From assembly GCA_017499595.2 (NCBI GenBank), contig CM039000.1, positions 1,984,001-2,048,000 on the forward strand: a DNA stretch of 64,000 bases, given 5' to 3'. Position 1 is the stretch's first letter, and every line of letters begins with the position of its first letter. Positions 37,142-49,400 of this stretch are shown here, in pieces. The notes beneath the pieces are model-generated. The model saw only the letters and a list, made by a program, of their open reading frames with translations, was not told the origin of the DNA and made no database searches. A program made the translations under genes and the position numbers. The stretch is from Psilocybe cubensis (Eukaryota).

Positions 37142-40100
37142 ATGCCAGTCTCCACTAATTCGCGCTATGAACCGCCCCTCAGCCCGCCCTCAATGATTTC
37201 TACGCCATCGAGATCAAGTTATTATCGCTCTCAGAACAACAGTACTAGCTATACTCCAACAATTACCTCAGGAGGCATTGCACAACAAAAACTAAATGTC
37301 GTTACCAGAGTGGCAATCGAAGGGAAAGCTAAGCAAGGACAAGACGGTGCCTCCGTCAAAATGTTTCTCAAGGTCTTTAATCTTTTGCTACGTATTCCTT
37401 GTTTATTGAACGTTTCAATACCATCGTGTATAGATTTGTGTGCCTTTGGATTTAGTGACTCCTGGATCAACGATTCCTCTTTTTCCTGGTTAGCAACTAC
37501 TTGTTAAGAAGCTATGTATTTTTGACTTAACCTCTCTCTGCTTAGAGGAAAACGTGAAAATCCATACCTCTCAGGTCCATCCACTCGACCACAACGGCGT
37601 ACCATACAACTTTTCATCAACGGTTTTCCCTCTGCTTCACAATGCTGCCCGGGCGTTGAGTCTCCCTCAACGATCACATGAAGACTTCAACACAGTTGTT
37701 GGATCTTCCAATGTAAATGGAACTTCTACTTCCAATCGTTCACAACATGTTGAAATTGGTGATAAAGCTGCACCAATTGATGCACAATATACTGGCCACA
37801 TTCTTGTCAGCGGATACAGCATATCATTTGTTCTTCCCAGAATTTTTCTTCCACGAAGAAAAGATTTTAGTCAACTGGACACGGGAGGGACACCCGCAAG
37901 TAGAAGAAGACCTTCTATCGGAGAGAGAAACCAAGCCTTGTTTATGGCTGTCATCGATATGTGGGTCCCTTTCTTGGGCAAACCACCACGCTCGCCCTAC
38001 CTGGTATGGACTCGACATTGGTATTGTATTAGCTTCATCCTTACCAGCGCCTTTGTTATAGCTTTCTATTCCTACGCCACGCTGTCTACAAAACTACATC
38101 AGACTCCGTATTTTTCCTCCCCCGGTAAATAACTCCTCCTCATTTGCGTCACTTTCTTCGATGGAAGATGAAAATGCTGCGTGGGACCTCACGTCTGAGC
38201 CTCACGTTACACGGACCCTGTCAAAACCCTCTCGTTCAAGCTCTTACAACAACTTTGCCGACGATGAATCCTCTGATTCTTCCGTGCCACTTACGACAGA
38301 CGCTTGCGTGATTCAGGGTAGCTTCCCCAGTGCAGAGCGAATACGGATACGGTGGGCTAAGCCTACGAAGTATCTGGATATACCAGGTGATGAAAGTGGT
38401 CGAAGAAGGGTTGGGGTCGAAGAAAGTAAGGGAGAGATGACCTGTACAATACGCGGAAAGGGAACAAGTGCAGGTAATCCTCAAGCTGAAGGTGTTCTGA
38501 TGCACGTTGAATATAAAGGGCATTGCCAGGGCATATGGTTTGCTGGCGTTGCAACATTACTTGGTCTTGATGTTGGTCTTGAGGCTAAAGGGTCTGACGT
38601 ATCATGGCCTGACGGATATCCAAGCAGATGGGAGGTTTCCGGGGCGACTGGATTTACTGGATTTGGGACGGGTTCTTCAAGTGAACCTTCCACGATCAAT
38701 TCTAGGACAATATCCTCGGATTCAACTGACTCTCGCCATAAGCCATTACTCTCCTCTCCCAGTGGCCTGATACAAGATTCTGCGCCAGGCTTCTTAAATG
38801 CGAAAACTGATTCATCGGCCTCCTCATTGTTGCGTGCCCCACTTCCTATGTCTAATGTCGGCGAATATTCTTTCGAAGGTTCTGCAGCTACCTTGAACCT
38901 GTCACCTTCCGAAATATCTTCGGTAGCATCAATGACAACACCATCGCATCCTACCTCATCGCAAAGTGTGCTTAAGCCGGTGCATCCTGGCTCTCCTATA
39001 ACGCTCCATTTGAATATGAATGAATTACAAGCCCCTGCCAAAAACATGTTCACTTTTACTATATCCGGTACCATTCTCATAACTTCAAGGACAGTCTTGG
39101 CGCGCCTTAATGGGCCCATCCATGGAAAGTCTACGGAGTTGGAGCCCATAGTGTTGCCCCGGTTCACTGTTCTAGCCGCTGACACCGAGTCGACGTCAAT
39201 TCTAATACGAAATGAAGTCGACGGTGCATCCGTCGAGGTGTTTAACCCAACGGGGGACATTCAACACGATCCACAAACCAGGAAAACGGTACTCCAGAAG
39301 AATGCGTTCACAAAGTGTACCGAGGATGGTACTAGGATCGCACTCAAATTCTTTGACACTCTCTACCCTGGCAACGTGAATAATTCACGACCTCACGCCC
39401 GTCCGCGGACGCCTAGCAATAACATGTCCCACCTTTCGTCCAATTCTTCCAATCCGCGAAAAACCCATCTCACACGCAGTAAACCTGATGGTCCCTGCAT
39501 CATTCCTTCAGTAAAAGTGACGGTGACAGCGCTTGCACCCGATATCAACAATCTCCCTACTGGATACGCTGTCAGGGTCATCTTACAGACACCACCGTTA
39601 GTAGATTCCGAGTGGCTTCATTTTGGGATAGCACACGGGTTACCAGATACTGATCACATCGCAAATTCTGGGGAAACAAATTTTGACGGCAAGGTGCACA
39701 CTATCTGCGCTAGCCTTGACGGCGTCCCTGTAAGATCGGAAACCACAAAACTAGCACAGGTAGCTACAGACGTCACGGCTGGAGCTGCTCCTTTTGAGGA
39801 GCTAAGCGGGAAGGAATGGATATGCTGGGTGAAGGTCCACACTGGGTCGTCAATTGGCGGGACATTGGTGATAGATTATATCGTGAAAGAGGCCCATGTG
39901 TCTTCTGGAAACTACTCTAGAAATTTGAAGGACGTACCGGCACTGGAAATTCTCCTCCCGACTTTCTTCGTGTCCATCGCACGATTAGAAGTGTATGTGG
40001 ACCTTATCCCCGGTAAGCTTCGACTTTCTCATGTTTCAAAATCCTATTCAACTCAAGTTTACTTAGGCCTCGATATCAGCTCATTGCGTTCCAATTTTGA

Positions 40101-40761
40101 TTATCATTATGCATTGCCAGATGGAAATCGGTTGCTGCGTTACTCGGTGAACGAATATAATAAACCACAACTGTTGCTTATGGTCCGCAAATCTATGGCC
40201 AAGCAAGGCCCTCTTCGTCAGAACTGGTACTTCATCATCACATGGTCTATCCTTTTGGTTGTATTTTCTCTCCTTTATCAGTTAATGGCTGATGTGCACC
40301 GATTGCAAATAATCAGTGTTGGCTATTTCGGTAAGATCGAGTCATGGTCGGATATCCCTGTTGTGACTGTCACTTCAACTGTCTACGCCAGCACCAGTAC
40401 CCGATATCACGGCGAGCCGCCCATAGAAACACCGGATGTGATATCTAGAGTCGCGCCAGCCAGCGCTGAACCACCTCCAAATTTGAACCCGATATCTACT
40501 CAGTTGGCAAATGATGCTATCATCACGACTACACAAATGACACAAAAATCTCACGACGACACCTCCGACAGTCATCCTAAAAATTCTGTACCACCATCTA
40601 CCCCAGAAGCATATGGCTTGTTGCCGGTTGAGAACAATTTCTCTTTCGAATGGGTTAAAGGCGGTGCTTTCAAGCATGTCCTACAAGAGTTAGTCGCCAC
40701 AATGGAGGTCGTCTGGGACGTCTTCCGAAAAGTCTATCACTATCCCCTTGATCCTCCATAA
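37142..40761 (+). CDS. Large uncharacterised single-pass membrane protein (roughly 1100 aa)
   Basis: Four short introns at the 5' end, then an 866-codon ORF; one hydrophobic segment WYFIITWSILLVVFSLLYQL, an S/T/P-rich stretch and C-terminus WDVFRKVYHYPLDPP*. Confidence 0.75.
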
Positions 40762-41131
40762 TAGTATCTGTGGACATCAGCATATTTTTTATGACTTTAA
40801 TGTATTCTACTGACTGGTTTGTACGTTGTTTTTTACTACCTGAATCGTTGTAGCACAATTTCATAATTTGTGAATACAATTGGTTCAATCACTCAGGATC
40901 ATTGACAAGGACTTATCCTAGAAGGTTTGTGATGAAGCATCGCGAGTTTAAAGCTTCTAAATCATATTTTAGAGACTCATGTTGGTTTGAAGCCGCAAGT
41001 TGAAAATTTGTTCAGTTCAAAAGGCTTTTACGTAATAAGTCGTGTAATTACATGTCATTGACCGGAATGGTCCTCGGCCAGAGTTGCTAGTTTGGGGCAG
41101 GTTGTGTGTTCAACTACTGCCATTGTTCTGA

Positions 41132-44100
41132 ATGCTCAGGCTTATTCCTGAACTACGACCTGCACCAAGGCTGATCTGCGTCACATTTTCCTTGCGATAT
41201 ACTAGTAGAGCCATAAATCTATCAAAGCACATTGCCCGAAATATGTCTGCGACGGCAGATTGGAGACAGATCGAAAACCCTGGCGCTCAGCCTTATCGCA
41301 TCTTCACTAGACCTATCATCAAATCTGAACAGGATGATAGAGAATATCGGATAATAGAGCTGGAGAATGGCCTCAAGGCTACCCTTGTTCATGACGCTAA
41401 AGCAGACAAAGCAGCGGCTAGTCTTGACGTCGCTGTTGGACATCTTTACGACCCAGTAAGCTGCATTCGTCTTATGGTCGCTTGAATTTTATCTGACATG
41501 TATGCAAGGATGATATGCCAGGACTTGCTCACTTCTGCGAACATCTACTATTTATGGTAGGGACAACCTACTCCTTTTGATTGATTCATCTTGACATGAA
41601 CCTTCTCAGGGAACAGAAAAATTCCCCCAGGAGAACGAATATTCAGAGGTACTATCACTACTAGTTATTTCAGTCATTTGATTGATTTGACCCTTTTCCT
41701 TTCATTTTAGTTTCTCTCAAAAAACAATGGTGGATCGAATGCATATACAGCAACTTCCAACACCAATTACTACTTCAATGTTTCAACGTCGGCATTGTCA
41801 GGTGCGCTAGAGCGCTTTGCCGCGTTCTTTCACTGCCCACTCTTTGCTCCATCATGTACATCTCGTGAATTAAATGCTGTGGATTCTGAGCACAAAAAAA
41901 ATCACCAAGCAGATATGTGGCGTATCTTTCAACTGAACAAACACTTGACGAAACCCGGTCACGTATGGTCCAAGTTTGGTAGCGGAAATAGAGAGAGCTT
42001 GTCAAAAGCGGCCAAGGATCTTAAAATACAGGGCAAACTCGAGGGCGCTACTCTCTTATCTGCCAACTCCTCCCCCGGATCGTCTGGCAAAGCTTCTCCG
42101 GCCCCCTCGACTGTTAGTGAGTCAGACGCGGATGGTGGTGCAGTTGGTCGCGAAACTCGTCGCCGGCTAGTCGAATGGTGGACCAAAGAATATTGTGCTA
42201 GCAGGATGCGTCTATGTATCGTAGGCAAAGGTATACTTCTCAAACTCAACAAGTCTAATATCTTTCACCTATTGTCATCCTTCAGAATCTTTGGATGATC
42301 TTTCCGAACTTGCGACAAGGTTTTTCTCCCCAATCCCTAATCGGGGAAGAGATCCCCTTCCGATGATTTTTGATCATCCATTTGGCACTGGGGAAAAAGG
42401 GGTTAGCTATTTAAAATCGTTAACTTCCAATTATTGCTCAACGCCGTTTTTTGTAGACACTTGTTTCAGTTCAAACCGTCATGGCTTTCCACGCTTTAGA
42501 AATCTCTTTCCCATTGGAATATCAACCTCCATTCTGGAAGCATAAGCCTGCCAACTTTCTTTCGCACTTTGTGGGTCATGAAGGGCCTGGTTCATTGCAT
42601 TCCTATTTGAAAAACAAACATTGGGTCACCTCTTTGAGCTGTGGCCCTCAAAACCTTGGCAGGGGATTTGCCATGTTTAAAATAACTGTTTATCTGACTC
42701 CGGAAGGTTTTGGTACGTGATCTAAGATTGCTTTGGTGTTCTACAATGTCTGACTGGATTGTATTAGCAAATTATAGATCAGTCATACAAGCAGCGTTTA
42801 AATACCTTGCTTTACTTCGATCATCTAAACTGGAATCATACCACCATCAAGAAGTTGTCAATCTTTCTAATATACGGTTCCGATTTGCTGAAAAAAAGCG
42901 CCCCGACGATTATGCGACATGGATTGCGGAGCATATGGCCTGGCCAATTCCTGAGCACCTCCTCCTTGCCGCGCCGCGATTGACCTGGGATTACGAAAAC
43001 GATTTAGACAGGCAAAGAGGCGAAGCCAAAGTTATGGAATATCTGGATAAATTTAGGATACAGAATGGCCGAGTTGTCCTTATGGCTAAAGAGGATGATC
43101 ACCGCAAAATTCACCCTGAACTGGTCTGGGAAAAAGAACCATGGTATGGGACAGGCTACGCTGTTCAAAGATTTGATGATGAATTTGTGGCCGAGGTCGG
43201 TGCTCAGCTCAGCTCCTTGCGCAGTTATCTGATCGTTTGACAGGCCAATAGTTTCAACGACATCTCTGAATTATTCGTCCCTAGACCCAATGAGTTCATT
43301 CCGACTAATCTCGACGTGGAGAAAAAAATCGGGGTTGAGGTGTTAGGTCTTAAATTGATATTCGTCAAGCTTGCTCAATTTTAAATCTAGCCTTTGAAAC
43401 GACCTCATCTTATAAGACAAACTCGGGTATCATCTCTGTGGTACAAAAAAGACGATAAATTCTGGGTGCCAAAAGCGCATGTTGTATTTGATATACGCAG
43501 GTATGATACCCTTGGTTTGTGTTAATATCTTGATATTGACAACAATGGTTAGCCCACTGACAAGTGCATCAGCACGAACCTCAGTGCTTACAAGGTGTGT
43601 GTATGCTACAGTACGAATTGACCTCACGCTTATGATTACGCAGACTATACTCTGACATCGTCAATGACTCACTTACAGAATTTTCATACGACGCTGATCT
43701 CGCCGGTCTGTCATACAACCTTTCATCTACAAATACTGGTCTGTACATTACCATGAATGGATATAACGATAAGATGTCTGTGCTGGTGCGACATGTCCTC
43801 GAGAAGGTGAAAGGCCTTGTCGTCGATGCTCAGAGGCTCGCAGTTGTCAAAGAAGAGGTGCTCTCCTCTGCTTTACCGCTCATTAGATTTTAATTTCCTG
43901 TTACTTAGCTTCGAAGGGAGTACGAGAATTTCTCTCTCGGTCAATCATACTCTCTCTCCGATTATTACGGACGTTACCTCATGGCACAACGCCAGTGGAC
44001 TATCGATGAAAAGCTGGCAGAACTACCTTGTAGGTAAAATCATGCCACGTTCAAAATCTGTGACTGAATAAAAATGTTCAGCCATCAATGCAGACGATGT

Positions 44101-45366
44101 CCGGACCCACATGGAAGAACTTCTGAAGCAAGTGAACGTCAGAATTCTGGTGGCTGGGAACATGTACAAAGATGTCCGTTTTACTATTTCTAACATCCAC
44201 GCAAGCCACTTATATCTAAACAGGAAGCCATCAAAGTAGCAGAGATCGCAGAAGAACGCCTTAACCCGACCAGTCTTTCTCCTTCCGAGCTGAATGAAAA
44301 ATCGCTTCTGCTCCCTCCAGGTTTGATCGTTTTACATTAAAATCGTTTAAAATACCCTAACGCCTTTATAACAGGCTCAAATTATATATACTCTGCGCCG
44401 TTGCCCAACAAGAATCAAGCAAATTCCGCTTTAACTTATTTCACCTACTACGGCCCCGTGGTCAACCAGAAACTGCGGGTTACATCCGCACTCCTTACTC
44501 AAATTTTAAGTGAACCGGCTTTCAATATCTTGCGAACTAGGGAACAATTGGGTTATATCGTCTCTTGTTCGTCTTGGACTCTGCCTGGCTTTAGTGAAAG
44601 AGGCCTACGTATTGTGGTCCAAAGTGAGAAGCGACCAACATATCTGGAAGATCGTGTGGATGCCTTTTTGGAAGAAATGAAAATCAAACTCGAGGATATG
44701 TCTCTTGATGAATTCGATGTCCACAAAAGTGGTCTAGAGAAAAAGTGGCTCGAGGCAGATAAAAATTTGGGGGAAGAGGTTTCCAAATATCTTATCCAGA
44801 TTAACAGTGGGCATTGGGATTTCTTAAGGAGTATGTGCCATTTTCTGTCTAATATCTTTATCTAACCAACAATTCCCGATCAAGATGAAAAAGACGCGGA
44901 AATGTTGAAAGGCATTACCAAACAGGATGTCCTCGATCTTTTCCTTACCAACGTTCACCCATCTTCAACGAAGAGGTCTAAGTTATCAGTTCATATGGTT
45001 TCTCAAAAACCCCGACCCAAGGGGGTAAGTTCTCTCGCAATCGAGGCGTTTGAAGGCATGGTCCGCAAAGAATTCCCTGATATCGATGAAAAGTCATGGA
45101 AAACTTCTTTGGAGAAGGAAAACCCTACCATCGTCGAATTTGGACAACACTGGGCGAAAATATTGAATTCTGAGGAAGGGAGAAAGCTTGTTTCTCAATT
45201 ACCTTCCCTTGTGGAAAAGTATCCGGTTCAGGGCGAAGAAACCGAGTCGCCAAGGGTAGGAGTTACGTATATCGAGGAGAAGAAAGCCTTTAAAAACACC
45301 TTAAGGGCTTCAGTCGACCCCGGTCCAATGATGGAGTGGAACGACCTTCCTGTTTCGAGGTTCTAG
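41132..45366 (+). CDS. Insulysin / insulin-degrading enzyme (peptidase M16A, Ste23-like)
   Basis: DDREYR..LENGL, inverted zinc motif GLAHFCEHLLFMGT, NAYT, RELNAVDSEH, GHEGPGSL, FWVPKA, LRTREQLGYIV. Confidence 0.95.
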
Positions 45367-45658
45367 GTCACAGCCACTTCTAATTACTGAGCCATCACTC
45401 TGGCGTGTCATCTAATATCCGGTTGTAATCCTTAGAAAGCACATTTGTAAGTAGACCCATAGAAGTTGAATTAATGAAAGAGAGACGCCATGTGAAGGGA
45501 TATACAATGAAACAGTGGGGAATTGCGACGAATAACGAGGCGTACAGTTACAAAGCGAACGAAGCGGACGACCTAGAGTGCAACCAAAGTCAAGGAAAAT
45601 AAGGTCACACTACCTACATATTGCAAACTCAGAAGCAGCGAGCAGTTAAGACATAAAC

Positions 45659-46139
45659 TTATTTCCTTCTAGCATCCTTCATACGAGGTTGAGGGGGAGG
45701 CACAAAGTTTATGGCACGGCGGAATAGAAGGACGTGTGGTTCAGGAGCTTTATCCTCTGTCAATATTCATCGTAACGCAACAGCAGACATGATCATACCA
45801 TGAACTTCATAGTGCTCCCATCCAAGGCTTTGCGTAATACCAATACCCCTCCATTCTTGCTCCGTGAGGAGCCGCAAAACGCCAGACTCATCAGGGTTGA
45901 AGTACTCTTTGGGAACCATCTTCAGGAGTTGCTTGGGTAAAATGACGTGACGATATTCATATTCGTCATCCGAGTAGCGATCTGAGTAGTGGATTCTAGG
46001 CTTCAAGCTCAAAGGGCGTGGTAAAGATAACAATTGGCGAACAAACTTACTTTTCGATGTATTCCTCTAGCTTACGAGCCATTTCTTTTTGTTGAGCTGC
46101 TTGCTGAGCTAGTTGTTGGGCAGTAAGATTGCTTGCCAT
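45659..46139 (-). CDS. CKS1: Cyclin-dependent kinase regulatory subunit
   Basis: [56 protein letters not shown]. Confidence 0.97.
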
Positions 46140-46404
46140 TGAGAATGATGACTTTGTTTCTGGGAAAGGGCAAGGATGATAGAAAGATGGCACTGGTTCA
46201 AGGTAAAGATTTGGATTTAACTGTTGTTCACTACAATTTACGCGCCGGTCACGGTCACATTCCAACATTAAATTCACGTGACATATCGCGTTGATGCCTG
46301 TTTGTGTGACTGCCATTTGAAGCGACCCAATTTCTTGGAACCCTTTTTCGATTCTTCTCAAGCACAGAAATATTCACCCTTATTCTCAATTCTTTGACAA
46401 AAAT

Positions 46405-49400
46405 ATGACAGGAAGCTTTAGCGAGCCGATAGACTATTACGGCTCAGAGGCAGATATCTGCATCGAAGATATTGATCGTTTTGATTTGGACAAAGGGACT
46501 CAGGACGTATACGACTCATTTCTGCCACCTGACCATGACGGTTCTTACTACGATGGTGTTGAAACAGGTATGAATTAAGCGTGATTCTATTATATGCTTT
46601 ATATATTATCAAATTCCTCAGAGGTCATGGACACGAACATTGGCCGACTCGGACTCAGAGACGCATATATTCACCCTCGAAGCGAGGAAAATACTTGTGC
46701 AACAGCTCAATGCAACCCTCAACAATTTTCTGCATTGTCCAGAGGACTTGCAAGCAGAAATTATCACATCAGTGAACTCTCAATCTTTATGTCTTCCTGA
46801 TACGAGAGACCTGAGTGAACTGGATAGAAGGCTCTTATCCAGGACATCACGGGCATCTTCCACTCGGTTCTCGAGTACCTGCGGAGGAAAATCTGAATAG
46901 GTTGGCTAACAATGACGTGAATTTGCAGCATAGAGACGCCGATGCTGGTAATCCCGCATTGGAAGATGGCCAGGGTCATCAGGTAGTCACCAGGAACGCA
47001 TCTGGCATGAGATTGCGCCCAGTATCAGACCTGCGTCAGTTCTATTGAAAAGATACAAAACGCGAATACCCTAACCGGAAAATCAGCTGATGTATATCGT
47101 GGAATGTTCAAGTTTGGGGTTTTCAATGCAGTTCAAACCACATGTTTCGATGCGGTAAGTAACGTTACTTCATGCAGCCTCGAAAGTTAAACCGCAAATC
47201 CAACAGGTGGTTTTAGGGGATAAGAACATAGTGAGCGGCCTCTCAACTTCCTTTAACTTTTTGTACTAATATTACCCAGGTAATCAGTGGTAAGCATTTC
47301 AGACTAGCTTTCATTCGAGCAGACAACATGTTTCTTTGTATCAGCTCCCACTGGGAGTGGTAAAACAGTTCTCTTCGAGCTAGCAATTATACGAATGCTA
47401 TGCCGTAGTACGGACACTAGAACTCAAGTCAAATGCGTGTATGTTGCACCAACCAAAGTATATTTTGATTTACTTTGCCTTTGGTTCTTTGTTTATATGT
47501 TATCTTGCCATAGGCTTTGTGTACTGAAAGATTTCAAGACTGGGCAGCAAAATTTGAACCTATTGGACTTAGATGTGAAAGTTCTTTCCCTTTATCGTGA
47601 CATTAGATGTTGAAAGATTTTCAGGTTGTGAGTTAACCGGAGATACGGTTGTGTTTGGCCGTGATACATGGGGCGAAGCCAAAAATGCAACCGTCATGTC
47701 AGTCCAAGCCTGGAGCATACCTTTTCTTCGTACTCTAATGATACATTAATATACAGAGTAACAACGGTATGGATATATATTTCGAGTATTGCTTGCGATT
47801 ATTCCTTTAATTGATCTTTTTAGTGTGAAAAATGGGACAGTTTGACCCGGAACTGGTGAACATTTTTCGCTTACAAGCTTTTGATTATTTTCATGCCCAT
47901 CTTATCAGGCGTGAACATGAGAGCATACTGGCTCAGATTCAATTATTCCTTGTAGACGAGGTACCACGCGAATTGACTTTTAGTTGGAAAACGTTTAGAG
48001 CATGATCATATCACAAGGTCCATGTTTTGAATGAATCTCGGGGGAGTACTTTGGAAGTGGTAACCTCCAGAATGAAGCTTCGAGGTTCATCTGTTCGGTT
48101 CATCCTTGTATCTGCAACGGTGCCAAACATCTCAGACGTTGCGCATTGGATTGGGGAGGACTCTGAAAGCCAGGGGCCCGCCCAAGTTTTTGAAGTAGGT
48201 TTCAGGCCAAATGCTTGTTATATAGTCACTATTTCTAACTATAATTGAACAGTTCGGTGACAATTTCAGGCCGTGTCGACTTACCAAACACGTTGTTGGC
48301 ATCCCTCGTCGAAATGGCTGGAATGATTTTCAATTCGGAAAGGCATTGGATTCCAAACTATTCGCTGTATTGCAACAGTTTTCCACTGGAAAACCTATTC
48401 TTGTATTCTGTTCCACTAGAAAAGGTAAATAATGGGATAATATTGAGCTTCGTCATTTTGAAAATGGGTCCATATATCTCTAGGGGTATTCGAAACTGCG
48501 GAGAAGTTAATGAAAGACTACGGCGACTGTGAACAGAAGAAACTTCCTGTCCCTTGGTCCCATCCGTCGAGGTGAATTTCACATTTACTATGCCTTCTGA
48601 GTGTATATTGAACTTTATCCTCAATAGGATCGACCACTTATTTCAAGACAAACGATTGAATGGCCAGTCATTTCATCTAAACGTTGTTCAATAAACTGAT
48701 GAACATGACTACTTTCAAATTAGAGCTGGCTTCCTTTGGTATTGGGGTACATCACGCAGGTATCACTATGGATGATCGAAGAACCACAGAACAGCTCTTT
48801 ATGAGAAGGATACTGCGCATTTTGATCGCAACGTCGGTAAGGTCACATTCGTACCTTCTATCTGCGTTCGATGTCGCTGATATACCTTCAAAGACATTGG
48901 CAGTCGGGGTGAATTTGCGTAAGAGGTATTCAGCACAATCGCATAAATATCTTCTGAAGCGTTGTTATCATGTGAAGCTGCTCATATGGTTGTTATCAAG
49001 GGCGTTCGGCTTTACCAGAACAATATCTCCAAAGAATATTCGGACTTGGATATAATGCAAATGTTGGGCCGCGCCGTATGATTTTTCTCTCTCATATCAT
49101 GGTTGCTCTGAGTTACCACTTTTCTCAGGGCCGGCCTCAATTTGGTACGGAAAATGCACTATAGATTTGCTTTTAAAACATAGAAACGGATGGTGTTATC
49201 TTCAGACAATGATGGCATTGCCCTCATCCTCTGCGAAAGTGAGCTAGAGCAAAAATACAATGCACTTGTGCAGGGAAAGACTGTGCTAGAAAGCTCCCTT
49301 CACGTCAATCTCGCTGAACACATTAACTCCGAAATCGGGCTGGGAACTATTACAGACATAGAATCAGCAAAAATATGGCTGCGTGGCTCATTTCTTTACC

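Noticed and set aside
38481-39260. 259-aa antisense ORF
   Set aside because: Shadow of the Ser/Pro/Thr-rich sense ORF; no motifs.
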